Sequence record: MH517022.1
Direction: 5' to 3' (one strand)
DNA: 64,000 nucleotides
Source of the DNA: Acinetobacter phage SH-Ab 15599
In this document: positions 26,911-36,065 of the stretch, piece by piece
Position numbering within the stretch: position 1 is the stretch's first letter
Layout of the letters: each line of letters opens with the position of its first letter
The notes under the pieces: generated by a model
What the model was told of the DNA's origin: nothing
Seen by the model: the letters and a program-made list of their open reading frames with translations, nothing else
Database searches by the model: none
Program-made: the position numbers and the translations under genes

Positions 26911-27259
26911 TGAAATCAGTAGAGGCATCAAGTTCATTCTCATACAGATAAATGATACGTATGGTCAGCTGATGCCTCTCAATACTCTCAAACAATACAT
27001 CTTTCACTGTAATTCTAGGTTCATCAATCCTAGCAATTTCTTCAATCCGACTCTTCACTTGATTTCTTATAAGAGCATTATCATTCTGGAACAGAGTGTT
27101 GTAAACTTCCCCGCCATGAATATCAGTTCTCATAATAAAATCTGTGATGCTAGACAATACAAGTGTCTTAAATGATTGAAAAACTGCTCGCTTTCCAGTG
27201 AGTAAGAACAAATCCTGAGTCTCTGGATGGGATAAAAATCTAGGGTCAAAATCGGCCAT
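26888..27259 (-). CDS. baseplate wedge protein, gp25/GPW family
   Basis: About 123 aa with the EPRI motif (RIDEPRITVKDV) characteristic of gp25-like proteins. Adjacent to the hub and lysozyme genes. Confidence 0.6.
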   Translation of the reverse strand: MADFDPRFLSHPETQDLFLLTGKRAVFQSFKTLVLSSITDFIMRTDIHGGEVYNTLFQNDNALIRNQVKSRIEEIARIDEPRITVKDVLFESIERHQLTIRIIYLYENELDASTDFIKVVRTS

Positions 27260-27269
27260 TTTAGATACC

Positions 27270-28730
27270 TCAAGGACTAGGCGTAGGTGTTACGGGCGCA
27301 CCCAAAGGGAATATTTTGTTTCCAACGCCCAAATACACTGAGTCATTATGAATGAACATCCCAGAGTATGTTGTTGGCATAGAATTCAAAGTTGGAACAA
27401 TCATACCAGCTGCAACATTGATTGGTGAGTTGAAAGATACCTCTCCAGCTGTACCTCCACTACCACCTTCCCCTCCACTTGGAGGTTGAACGTTGATTGC
27501 TCCAGAAAGACCTGCTAATGCCGCTCCAGCTGCACTGCCTGGGGCTAATGCGTTTGCGACCTTAGCAAGTTCTGATGAAGCTGCGTTCAACTGAGCAATA
27601 GGGGCTTTACAAGTCAACTCTTGAGTATCAATACTCTTGGCATCAACAGGTTGAGCAAATGCTGCCGGAGAGTTGACTTGAAGGTCTTTAGATTCAATAG
27701 TCATATTGTCGTTAGACATGACCTTTTGTCCAGTTTTCTCATAAGACTGACCTTCAACAATTTCAGCTTGGTCTTCCTTTTGAAGCTTTTGGACTGACCC
27801 ATTAGCCAACAAAAATAGGTCTTTATGCGCTTTGATTACAATATCTCCATCTGCGTGCATCTCAATATATGAGCCACTCATATGAAATATCATAATGCGT
27901 TCAACCCCAGGGGTATCGTCAATCTCAATACAGTGACCAGACGGAGATTGATACACCTTATTATGAGGATATTGCGGGGCTGCTCTACTTCTTGGTTCAG
28001 TTACACCTGAAGAACGAGAATTTGGGGTCGGTGAATCAGTAGAAGTACCAGACTCAGGGACAGCTTCATCCAAATCCTCAACTTCCTTTCCCGTGAGGAC
28101 ACTCAAAGCGCGTTTGTACATTGTAGTACGTTCTTCAAAATGGAGACTTGCTGCGTTGATTCGCTTAACAACAACAGCCCAGTTACCAGCATCGGCTTGT
28201 CTATTCAGAGATTTGTTACCCCAGAACCAACAAGCGGAAAGAGCCGCGTTTTGTTTCTGTTGTAAAGACTCTGGATTGTTTACAGCCCCAGAACTCGGTT
28301 CACTGCGTTGGAAATCGGCATAGTTCCCTCTGCCCGTCAATTGGATGATACCTTGTCCTCGATATCTCCAACCGTCTCCAGACGCTTCATTGCCATTACC
28401 AATCTTGTTAGCATAGACGTAGTTTGCAATCTTTTGAGGGTTGCGAGCATATGCATTAGCCTGAGCTGAGGTTTTGAACTTGCTAGGGAATACTTCCATC
28501 AAACGTTCAGCTGAATAATTGAGGTTCTCAACCAGTCTGCTAAAGTTACTTGATTCAACAGAAACATTTCCAAAGAACATTGCAATACGATACAACTTTA
28601 CAATCTGATACTTTTGCATTGAAGGCCAGAGTGCAGCATGCCAACCAGCTGCATTACTCGCACTCAAACCAAATATCTTCTGAACATGTTCTACAGTGAG
28701 AACAATATCCTTATTTTCTAATTCAGCCAT
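27270..28730 (-). CDS. virion-associated peptidoglycan hydrolase: GH19 glycosidase domain plus C-terminal extension
   Basis: GH19 signature YRGQGIIQLTGRGNY plus upstream GDGWRYRG. Starts 1 nt after the gp5-like ORF stop. C-terminus is Gly/Ala-rich. Confidence 0.65.
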   Translation of the reverse strand: MAELENKDIVLTVEHVQKIFGLSASNAAGWHAALWPSMQKYQIVKLYRIAMFFGNVSVESSNFSRLVENLNYSAERLMEVFPSKFKTSAQANAYARNPQKIANYVYANKIGNGNEASGDGWRYRGQGIIQLTGRGNYADFQRSEPSSGAVNNPESLQQKQNAALSACWFWGNKSLNRQADAGNWAVVVKRINAASLHFEERTTMYKRALSVLTGKEVEDLDEAVPESGTSTDSPTPNSRSSGVTEPRSRAAPQYPHNKVYQSPSGHCIEIDDTPGVERIMIFHMSGSYIEMHADGDIVIKAHKDLFLLANGSVQKLQKEDQAEIVEGQSYEKTGQKVMSNDNMTIESKDLQVNSPAAFAQPVDAKSIDTQELTCKAPIAQLNAASSELAKVANALAPGSAAGAALAGLSGAINVQPPSGGEGGSGGTAGEVSFNSPINVAAGMIVPTLNSMPTTYSGMFIHNDSVYLGVGNKIFPLGAPVTPTPSP

Positions 28731-28731
28731 G

Positions 28732-29700
28732 TTATTTCGCCTTTAAATTAGCAACATCTGGAAAGACTGCTGCAATGAGACTTGATCTAGCAAAGGTTGT
28801 TCTTGTAACTTCCCCGCCATTCTGTTTGTTCTTAGCCGATTGGTTACCACCCACAGCATGTATACGCCCATCTTTTTCATATTCACAGAAAAATACGTGA
28901 CCAGAAGATGCGCCCCTGTTACCCGCAATTACACAAATACTGCCTGGCGGAATAGGCTTCTGATTAAGAGTTGATTTACCGTATCTTGTATAAGAACGGG
29001 CTGCAGCTGAGCCAGATCCTTTGATACCAACCTTTTGTAAACACCAACCCACAAAGGATGCACACCATGGAGTCTCTCCTCCCCATTTAGATGAACCACC
29101 GCCTTTGGCGTGATACTCTCTAATTTGAGCAGGGTTATCTCTTTCATCAACACCCAATTGAGAAATAGCTACAGCCAACCAAGGATAGTTTTTCAACTCC
29201 TCTGGACTAATCTGCGTATCATTTGGATTGTTAGCGCCGTCAATGTCACCAGAAATGGCATTTGCGTCTTTCTGAGCATATACATCTGATGAAGTTACAA
29301 TACCACGGGCCAAGGGGTTGACGTCATGGTCAGTACCATTTGGAAAGGGAACTGAAGGGTCAATGAGATTGTTACGCTGTCCGGCAATAGTGAATTGAAC
29401 TTCCCATTCTTGAAAGTCATTTGATGACTTAGGTCTCAATCTGACCAAAGAACCTTCTAGAAGTCCTAGAGGGGCAGTTCCTAAACCACTTACAAATGGA
29501 TTTGTAGCTGGTACTGCTATAGTACACCAAGGTAATTTTTCTTTCGGGACCTCTGCTGGGTTCAAAGAATGAATACCAAAAATGCGAACTCTCACGCGTC
29601 CACACTCTTTTGGATCCATAAGGTCTTCAACAATCCCTATATGATCTCCACAATACAATGGTAATTCTTTTCTTGACATAATAAATGCCCGATAACACAA
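28732..29700 (-). CDS. baseplate hub protein with gp5-like N-terminal OB domain fused to a CHAP peptidase domain
   Basis: GIVEDLMDPKECGRVRVRIFGIHS matches the T4 gp5 N-terminus. C-terminal CHAP motifs: catalytic Cys in TPWCASFVGWCLQ and His in SGHVFFCEY. Confidence 0.75.
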   Translation of the reverse strand: MCYRAFIMSRKELPLYCGDHIGIVEDLMDPKECGRVRVRIFGIHSLNPAEVPKEKLPWCTIAVPATNPFVSGLGTAPLGLLEGSLVRLRPKSSNDFQEWEVQFTIAGQRNNLIDPSVPFPNGTDHDVNPLARGIVTSSDVYAQKDANAISGDIDGANNPNDTQISPEELKNYPWLAVAISQLGVDERDNPAQIREYHAKGGGSSKWGGETPWCASFVGWCLQKVGIKGSGSAAARSYTRYGKSTLNQKPIPPGSICVIAGNRGASSGHVFFCEYEKDGRIHAVGGNQSAKNKQNGGEVTRTTFARSSLIAAVFPDVANLKAK

Positions 29701-29724
29701 TATATTGAATATTTAGCTTCAGGC

Positions 29725-29748
29725 ATAAAGAAAGGGGCTTTCGCCCCT
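29725..29748 (-). terminator. rho-independent terminator (AGGGGC-GAAA-GCCCCT plus TTTCTTTAT on the minus strand)
   Basis: Located after the stop of the 29751..30089 gene. Confidence 0.55.
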
Positions 29749-29750
29749 GT

Positions 29751-30089
29751 TTAGATTTTAGACCAAGTCACTTCAAATTGATGAATTGTTTTGAGATTAC
29801 CGCAGGGAGAACCCTCATGTCCAATTATAGCGGTTTGTTTCTCTTCATCTACTTCTAAAACGCAACCTACAATCCCTTTGAATAATATACCTCTCTTTCT
29901 TAGCATGTCCCATAAAGGTATAGCGTAGATTGAGTTGTTCATATCAATACATTTTACGATAGTATCAAACTCAATTTCACCTGCTTTAGCATGGTCAGTT
30001 TCCAAACTTGTTACATTTACGTGGTAGCGATTTTTCTCATTATTTTCCATGACCTTCTCCTTAGAATAAATGTGGGCCAAATAGATCAA
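29751..30089 (-). CDS. hypothetical protein (112 aa)
   Basis: ORF present. Confidence 0.5.
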   Translation of the reverse strand: MIYLAHIYSKEKVMENNEKNRYHVNVTSLETDHAKAGEIEFDTIVKCIDMNNSIYAIPLWDMLRKRGILFKGIVGCVLEVDEEKQTAIIGHEGSPCGNLKTIHQFEVTWSKI

Positions 30090-30390
30090 TTGAAACTAGC
30101 ATATGTTTATATTCATTAAGCATACGTTGGTCAAACGGGTAGTGACAAGCTTTGATATATTCAACTGCTTCAGAGAATGTAGGGAAATGTCTAGCATCGC
30201 CGCCGTCACAAGCTTCTATACTTGAATCATTTACTTCAAACAAACCGCCAGCTGAATCAACAGCTTTATCAAAAGCGATATAGATCCAACGGTCGCCTTT
30301 AACATAGTTCATAGCAGGTAAACAGCTTAGTGATTCATCACGAGAATCAATGTAAACGTTTTCAGAAAGGTCTTTGCGAATGTTAGTCAT
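30061..30390 (-). CDS. hypothetical protein (109 aa)
   Basis: ORF present. Confidence 0.5.
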   Translation of the reverse strand: MTNIRKDLSENVYIDSRDESLSCLPAMNYVKGDRWIYIAFDKAVDSAGGLFEVNDSSIEACDGGDARHFPTFSEAVEYIKACHYPFDQRMLNEYKHMLVSIDLFGPHLF

Positions 30391-30475
30391 ATTCTACTCC
30401 GTTGAGTGATAGTATGTTTGATAGAGATATAATAACCGTTTTCAAGTTTCAAGTAAAGTGGTTTACTTGAAAATT

Positions 30476-30715
30476 TTAATAAAGATTATTAAAACATATC
30501 TTTCTGATAGTTCCAACCCAAACAACTTTAGGTTTATTATCAGCTAAACATTTGCTCTTAACAATATCGCTTTTACCAACCCATGCGAAATATACTGCGG
30601 CTGCTATCACTAATAACAAACCAATCACCAACCCAATATTTTTCAACCAAGACTCTACCGCAAATGTAATACCGCTATGATTCAATGAGAGGTACCATTT
30701 TAAGAATTTGTTCAT
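30476..30715 (-). CDS. small single-pass membrane protein (79 aa)
   Basis: Central TM helix GLVIGLLLVIAAAVYFAWVG. Confidence 0.5.
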   Translation of the reverse strand: MNKFLKWYLSLNHSGITFAVESWLKNIGLVIGLLLVIAAAVYFAWVGKSDIVKSKCLADNKPKVVWVGTIRKICFNNLY

Positions 30716-30830
30716 TGTTGCTCCGTTGAGCGTTATTCAGATGTAATATATTAGCCCTCTAAAGTGTACAAGTAAAGTGGTATTTTAATATTGTTCCACA
30801 CGGTAGGCTGAGAGGTAAAATATACACATT

Positions 30831-30861
30831 AAAAAGCCTGTACTAGACAGGCTTAATTTTT
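30831..30861. terminator. bidirectional terminator (AGCCTGT-ACTA-ACAGGCT flanked by A-run and T-run)
   Basis: Located between the gene that ends at 30891 and the 30715 gene. Confidence 0.55.
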
Positions 30862-30890
30862 GGCTTTTTATAAAATAATGTTCATGAACA

Positions 30891-31532
30891 TTATTCTTTA
30901 TCTGCGGCCGCTTCTTTAGCTGCATTTGCCTCAGTCGCTTTCTTAGCAGCTGCACGGGCTTTTGCTGCTAATGAAAGATTTACGCGGCGTTTGATTTCTT
31001 CATCATCCAGACCTTCGTATTTCGGGTCTTTCTTAGCCGCTGCAAACGCTTCATCAAATAGGATTTCTTCAGATGTTTTACCGCCGTTAGCATCTACAAT
31101 CACTTGACTGACTTCTTGTACAGAACGTTGGTCATCTGTACCTTCAAATGCTACTTCTTTGTCTTCTGGCGTCTGTTCTGATACAGGGGTTTGCTCGGTC
31201 TCAGCAGGAGTTTCAGCTGGGGTTGAGTCAACGTCACCTGTTGTATCTGTTGATTTGGTATCATCTTGTCCAGAAGTTTCATCAGCGTCTTCATCTTTAT
31301 CTTCTTCATCAGATGTAGTTTCAACAGGTTTACCAGTAGCAATAGCAAGGTTTTCAGCTTGTTCTGCACGGATGGCATCAAAGTGCTCAGCATAGTCTTG
31401 ATCTGCATTCGGTAGACCAATTAATAGCTCATCCAACTTCCCTTCTCGGATTAATACAACACCGCGCTCTGTTAGAACAGCATTTGGATTCTTACGAATC
31501 TCATTTTCAATATGTGCAGGCATTTTGTTCAT
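30891..31532 (-). CDS. highly acidic protein (213 aa, Asp/Glu/Thr-rich centre)
   Basis: Low-complexity acidic region TSDEEDKDEDADETSGQDDTKSTDTTGDVDSTPAETPAETEQTPVSEQTPEDKE. Confidence 0.6.
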   Translation of the reverse strand: MNKMPAHIENEIRKNPNAVLTERGVVLIREGKLDELLIGLPNADQDYAEHFDAIRAEQAENLAIATGKPVETTSDEEDKDEDADETSGQDDTKSTDTTGDVDSTPAETPAETEQTPVSEQTPEDKEVAFEGTDDQRSVQEVSQVIVDANGGKTSEEILFDEAFAAAKKDPKYEGLDDEEIKRRVNLSLAAKARAAAKKATEANAAKEAAADKE

Positions 31533-31951
31533 TATAGAACCTCATTCAATATAACTGGGCGAAATATGTTTAGATGTAATTCCATCTGATTAACTTGAAC
31601 GCCATTAGCCCTCAAGTAATTGATGCCATCTGGAAGACGATAATCAAGAATATAACTTACATATGGTATTCCCGCTTCAACAATCTTCTTAGCGCATTCT
31701 ATACAAGGAGAATGGGTCACATGTAGATGTAAGATATCATCACACTGACTGATAACATGACACTCTGCATGTTCCACGTCTGGTTTGGATTGTTCTAGGG
31801 TAATTTCACAAGGTGAACCATCTTTCATATGATTCCAACCCAAATAATGAGTACCCTTGTAATCAATACCAATACACCCGACTTGGAGTCGGATGCATTT
31901 GGAATTAGAAGCCACCTTGAACAAATCACTTGGTCGGATCAATTGGTTCAA
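31532..31951 (-). CDS. cd: dCMP deaminase
   Basis: Zinc-binding motifs HAECH and SPCIECAK of the deoxycytidylate deaminase family. About 139 aa. Confidence 0.75.
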   Translation of the reverse strand: MNQLIRPSDLFKVASNSKCIRLQVGCIGIDYKGTHYLGWNHMKDGSPCEITLEQSKPDVEHAECHVISQCDDILHLHVTHSPCIECAKKIVEAGIPYVSYILDYRLPDGINYLRANGVQVNQMELHLNIFRPVILNEVL

Positions 31952-32438
31952 CTTTCATATCCTTCAAACGGAAGCTATCAATATTGGTTGTGCCAATTAG
32001 CACATAGCGTTTACCAGATAGAGAGTTGGCATACACTTTGCGTTCATCTTCAATAGTTGTTCTAATACCCCATTGAGATAAATCAATTTTGAGGTCTTCT
32101 TCATTGAGTTTATCAACAATAAACTCAGGAATCATTACATCCATAAGGCTCTCCGCGTGAGCTATTTTCACTTTCAAAATATCTAGCAGACGTTTGAAAT
32201 CAGCCTTACACTCAGCCATATTATGACCAACACCTTCTATATGAAGACGACCCAAATAACTGATATCGCCAGAAGTGCTATCTCCTAGATCAACAGCAAA
32301 CTGTTTGAAAAAGTTATGTTCTGGATGATTTACATCATGGTATCGAGTGTAACCGTATTCAACCTTTACATTTGATTCGCCAGATGCGCAGCGGTCTTTC
32401 CAAAATTGTACTGAAGGATCAATTTCTTTGTTATCCAT
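31926..32438 (-). CDS. hypothetical protein (170 aa)
   Basis: ORF present; translationally coupled to its neighbours. Confidence 0.5.
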   Translation of the reverse strand: MDNKEIDPSVQFWKDRCASGESNVKVEYGYTRYHDVNHPEHNFFKQFAVDLGDSTSGDISYLGRLHIEGVGHNMAECKADFKRLLDILKVKIAHAESLMDVMIPEFIVDKLNEEDLKIDLSQWGIRTTIEDERKVYANSLSGKRYVLIGTTNIDSFRLKDMKVEPIDPTK

Positions 32439-33238
32439 TAGAATAAATCCATGAGATTGGTCGTAGATTGGTATTGACGTTTCAGAGCTTCAGATGGAAC
32501 ATACATCTCCCCATCTCTCATCTTCTGGGAATACAATTCCATGTCTGGAACAAAGAAATGTTCTTTAGTGAAATCAACCCCTTCCAAGGTATTTTCTCTA
32601 AGAAGTCTTACAATGCGTGGCACCAAGTAGTCAGTATCGCCCCAAAGAACATAGGAGCCATAATAAACTGCATGGTTAGTGCCAGTATTAATTGATTTGA
32701 CCTTTCCAATTACATTTTTCAATTGCATTGGTTCAAATACGCCACGCTTAGCCCGTCTTTCCATGATACGGTCAAGATGAGTTTGACAATCCCATTGGAA
32801 TGCACACCATACAGAGGCATGACCCATTTCTCTCAGTTCTCTGTCTAGACGATGCATAGCAGAGAAGACTGAAGACCAAAGTACGCCTTCCATGAGTATA
32901 GATTTGGTTCCAATCAGTTGTTTAACCAATGGAGCAATTACATAGAAGTCTCTCACACCGTCAAGACCGCCGCACTCATTGTCATATGAGCCTAACACAT
33001 AGAAGGTTTCATATTCATCTACAGGGACTTTGACTGTACCGTATTTTTCACTAGGCATATCAAATACATGTCTAGCAATAGGCTTATGAAACTGACTAAC
33101 AACCTTACGGATACAATATGATTTACCTGAACCATTTGAACCACGTAAGTTTACCAGAATGTTGCCAGTATGCTGGAAAGCAGGGAGTTGTGAAACTCCC
33201 TCCATCCCTGAAATTGTTTTAGACAATTTGAAAATCAA
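32438..33238 (-). CDS. P-loop NTPase (putative kinase), function unknown
   Basis: Walker A motif GSNGSGKS near the N-terminus. Confidence 0.55.
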   Translation of the reverse strand: MIFKLSKTISGMEGVSQLPAFQHTGNILVNLRGSNGSGKSYCIRKVVSQFHKPIARHVFDMPSEKYGTVKVPVDEYETFYVLGSYDNECGGLDGVRDFYVIAPLVKQLIGTKSILMEGVLWSSVFSAMHRLDRELREMGHASVWCAFQWDCQTHLDRIMERRAKRGVFEPMQLKNVIGKVKSINTGTNHAVYYGSYVLWGDTDYLVPRIVRLLRENTLEGVDFTKEHFFVPDMELYSQKMRDGEMYVPSEALKRQYQSTTNLMDLF

Positions 33239-33441
33239 GATTCGTTGCTCCCATTCAAATAATACCGCGAATCAGTTCTGTTACCATTCGGAGATACTAT
33301 AAAGCCTATAACATCCCGAGTTTCAGAATCAATAATGTTAACGCGGTTAGACTGTTTATCGTCAGGTTCATTGATATAAGACTTTCCGCGCAAGTGGTTT
33401 ATGAAATCAAAATACGTGACTCTTTTCATTTTGAATCTCAA
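33235..33441 (-). CDS. hypothetical protein (68 aa)
   Basis: Small ORF in the operon. Confidence 0.4.
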   Translation of the reverse strand: MRFKMKRVTYFDFINHLRGKSYINEPDDKQSNRVNIIDSETRDVIGFIVSPNGNRTDSRYYLNGSNES

Positions 33442-33625
33442 CTAGAATATTGGTCACTTTAGCAACACACTTCCATTTCCCAAATTTGTTATCATTGTAA
33501 CGTTGACGCATGTATAGGTCTCCGTTTTCAATGTTCATCTGAGGGTTATTTGGCCCGCCATTCACAACATTAGAAACATCTTCAACTGTTACATTGTACT
33601 GACTAACGATATTTTTTAATTTCAT
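33407..33625 (-). CDS. hypothetical protein (72 aa)
   Basis: Small ORF in the operon. Confidence 0.4.
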   Translation of the reverse strand: MKLKNIVSQYNVTVEDVSNVVNGGPNNPQMNIENGDLYMRQRYNDNKFGKWKCVAKVTNILVEIQNEKSHVF

Positions 33626-33632
33626 GTTTACA

Positions 33633-35336
33633 TTATCCTTGTTTAACTTCTACGATGCTGTCGAGGAACCACTGCGGGAAAAGATTCATTTGTTTGCCTT
33701 CATAAAGAACGCGCTGGAAATTGGAGTCAATGATATAGGTATCAGCATAATCATCAACACCGCGTACTGAACGCCCGCACATTTGAACAATTGATAAAAT
33801 TGCTTTACGCAGATACCATCCAGAACGATATTCAGAATTCAATTTGATAAGAGGGTCGCCCAAATAACCAAATGGAACTTTAGCAATAATTTGGAAACGA
33901 CTCATATCTCCCTTGAAGTCATAACCCTTCACAATAGACGGGCTGATACATACTGCACCCGTCTTATGACGAGCCATTTCATTAACAATTTCATTACGGT
34001 CTCGGCCAATAAAAGCACCGCCTTTGTTCTGAAGGTTCTGAAAGATGTTATTACCCAGAGCATAACTGACACAGTGTACTAGACCATTATGAGGGGCATG
34101 TCGGTCAATCAATTTTCCAACTACATTAGCCAAAGCAGGGTAATCTTTGAATTGAGCGTTCATTTTGAATTTAGGGATAACATACACCTTACGGTTATCA
34201 ACTGGAATTGGATTCTGAAGTTCTCCATATTGGAACTTCTCAAGACCAAGAGTTGATGCATATTCATCAATACCGCAAATGGTAGCAGACATGTGTAAGA
34301 ATATATCACCCTTTCTGAATAGAGCATAGTCAGCTACTTGCCAAGCGAAAACTGGTTTAATAGTTGCCATTTGACTTTCATCATTGTTGCTGTACTCATT
34401 TACAATCCACTTAGCTCCCGCTTCAGCTTCACCAAATAGAGTCAATTTATCGCTGATAGATTGAATTGTCTCAAGCATATCTCCTAACTTCTCAATGCGA
34501 GAATCAGAAGCACCTTCTTCAATTTCCGCTTCTAAAGCTTCAATGATATCTTCAGCAATAACATGAAGATCATGACAACTTTGACGCAGATCATCTGGTG
34601 TATCAAAATATTCCATTTTAGAATATTTTTCAATTACCTCAAGAAGTTCTTTCATGCCAACAAAAAATTGAGGGAATCCAAGTTCTTCCGTAAATTTGTA
34701 CATGTTAGGGAAGATTGAAATGGTTGTATGATCTACAATTGCATCATCAATTTCATGACATTCATCAATGATAATGAGATTTGCGCGGTTTTCTTCTTTT
34801 GTACAAAGAGTGTCGCATGCTTCAATTTGGAAACTGAAATTAGAAGAACGCAACATTGCTTCGTTACACCAACGTTTTCTACGGATCACATAAGGGCAAT
34901 CCAAATGTTTGCGACAACCGCCGTTGCGAACCATAGCTCGACATTGACCGCTGTTGTATGGTCCTTTGTTATGAGGGCAACTGTAATTTGTACGTCCACG
35001 GATATCATAGATTGTACGATCTGATTCACAATACTGATCTTGTAAACCAATAGTGGCGGTCACAATTGTACTACGGAAATTATTCACCAGATCAGCTAAG
35101 ACCTTATGCACTACAATTGCGAACACACTTTTACCGAAGCCTGTAGGGGCCTGAACAATTACGTGCTTCTCTCCAGCGAGGAACTGTACTACAGCCCAAA
35201 CAACTGCCTCAATCTGACCTGGGTTTGGAACGTCAAATGGAAAATGTTTTTTAGCAAGATCCATTATGGCTTCGTGAGAAATTGATACATTTCTCAAATT
35301 AGAAATATCTGGAGCTGCGTTTTTAGATTCATTCAT
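33633..35336 (-). CDS. DinG/XPD (Rad3)-family Fe-S DNA helicase
   Basis: Walker A APTGFGKS and DEAH-like box IIDECHEI. Four-cysteine cluster (C...C...C...C) between the motifs, typical of the Fe-S domain. Confidence 0.65.
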   Translation of the reverse strand: MNESKNAAPDISNLRNVSISHEAIMDLAKKHFPFDVPNPGQIEAVVWAVVQFLAGEKHVIVQAPTGFGKSVFAIVVHKVLADLVNNFRSTIVTATIGLQDQYCESDRTIYDIRGRTNYSCPHNKGPYNSGQCRAMVRNGGCRKHLDCPYVIRRKRWCNEAMLRSSNFSFQIEACDTLCTKEENRANLIIIDECHEIDDAIVDHTTISIFPNMYKFTEELGFPQFFVGMKELLEVIEKYSKMEYFDTPDDLRQSCHDLHVIAEDIIEALEAEIEEGASDSRIEKLGDMLETIQSISDKLTLFGEAEAGAKWIVNEYSNNDESQMATIKPVFAWQVADYALFRKGDIFLHMSATICGIDEYASTLGLEKFQYGELQNPIPVDNRKVYVIPKFKMNAQFKDYPALANVVGKLIDRHAPHNGLVHCVSYALGNNIFQNLQNKGGAFIGRDRNEIVNEMARHKTGAVCISPSIVKGYDFKGDMSRFQIIAKVPFGYLGDPLIKLNSEYRSGWYLRKAILSIVQMCGRSVRGVDDYADTYIIDSNFQRVLYEGKQMNLFPQWFLDSIVEVKQG

Positions 35337-35992
35337 TAAATTGTCTCATTCCCTGCAAATGTTTCAATAAAACGGTATGCATCAAGCGCGGCATCATGAG
35401 CTGCGTGATGGTATTTGAAGTTTGGAGATGTAATTGAGTCCACTGGAATGTTTGCATAGTTATCATTTGTGAACAGTTTAAACATCTGAGAACATTCCCA
35501 ATATGCGTATTGGTTATAAGGCAATTTGACCTTCGTTTCAGAAGCATCATTTCCTAATGTTACGGCATGGATATGTTGTAATTTTGAAACGTCATAATGT
35601 TTGCGATCAACTAAACGGGTTTGATCAAGCGTAACGCCGTAATGAATATGGTAAGCCTGTAATAAATTGAAGATTTCCGTAATAGAAAGATCATCTTCAG
35701 AAGGCTTAATCACTTCATCATATACTTCAGCAGGTTGTTCTTTCCAAAATTGGATAGCGCTCTTTGTTGTAGTACGCCCTAGACGCGCTTGTTCCTTAAC
35801 ATCAAACTTCCAAGAGTTTGCGCGGTTGATCAATGCGTCAATGTTATTTGTTGTTTCGCCGTTCAGATGACCTTGCTTCAACTCTTCATTAGAAATGAAA
35901 CAAACTCCAGTCATTGCAATAATAGAGCTATCCCAATGCCCTAATGTTTCATGGTCGATGAAAGTCCAACCAAGGGGTGTTTTATGAGCCAT
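35336..35992 (-). CDS. DnaQ-like DEDDh 3'-5' exonuclease (DexA-like)
   Basis: Exo I FIDHETLG and Exo III HHAAHDAALDA motifs. Confidence 0.65.
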   Translation of the reverse strand: MAHKTPLGWTFIDHETLGHWDSSIIAMTGVCFISNEELKQGHLNGETTNNIDALINRANSWKFDVKEQARLGRTTTKSAIQFWKEQPAEVYDEVIKPSEDDLSITEIFNLLQAYHIHYGVTLDQTRLVDRKHYDVSKLQHIHAVTLGNDASETKVKLPYNQYAYWECSQMFKLFTNDNYANIPVDSITSPNFKYHHAAHDAALDAYRFIETFAGNETI

Positions 35993-36002
35993 GTTATTTG
36001 TC

Positions 36003-36031
36003 CTAAAATAAAGGAGACCAAATCGTCTCCT
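36003..36031 (-). terminator. rho-independent terminator (AGGAGAC-loop-GTCTCCT plus TTATTTT on the minus strand)
   Basis: Located after the stop of the 36066 gene. Confidence 0.5.
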
Positions 36032-36065
36032 CTATTATAACTTTGTTTAATGATTTATGGAATTA

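Noticed and set aside
27270-29700. A gp5 pseudogene split by a nonsense mutation
   Set aside because: Both ORFs have their own start codons and complete domains (OB+CHAP; GH19), separated cleanly by a 1-nt gap. They are more likely two functional genes.
31151-31420. Overlapping ORFs on both strands inside the acidic-protein gene
   Set aside because: Artefacts of the GA/CT-rich low-complexity coding region.
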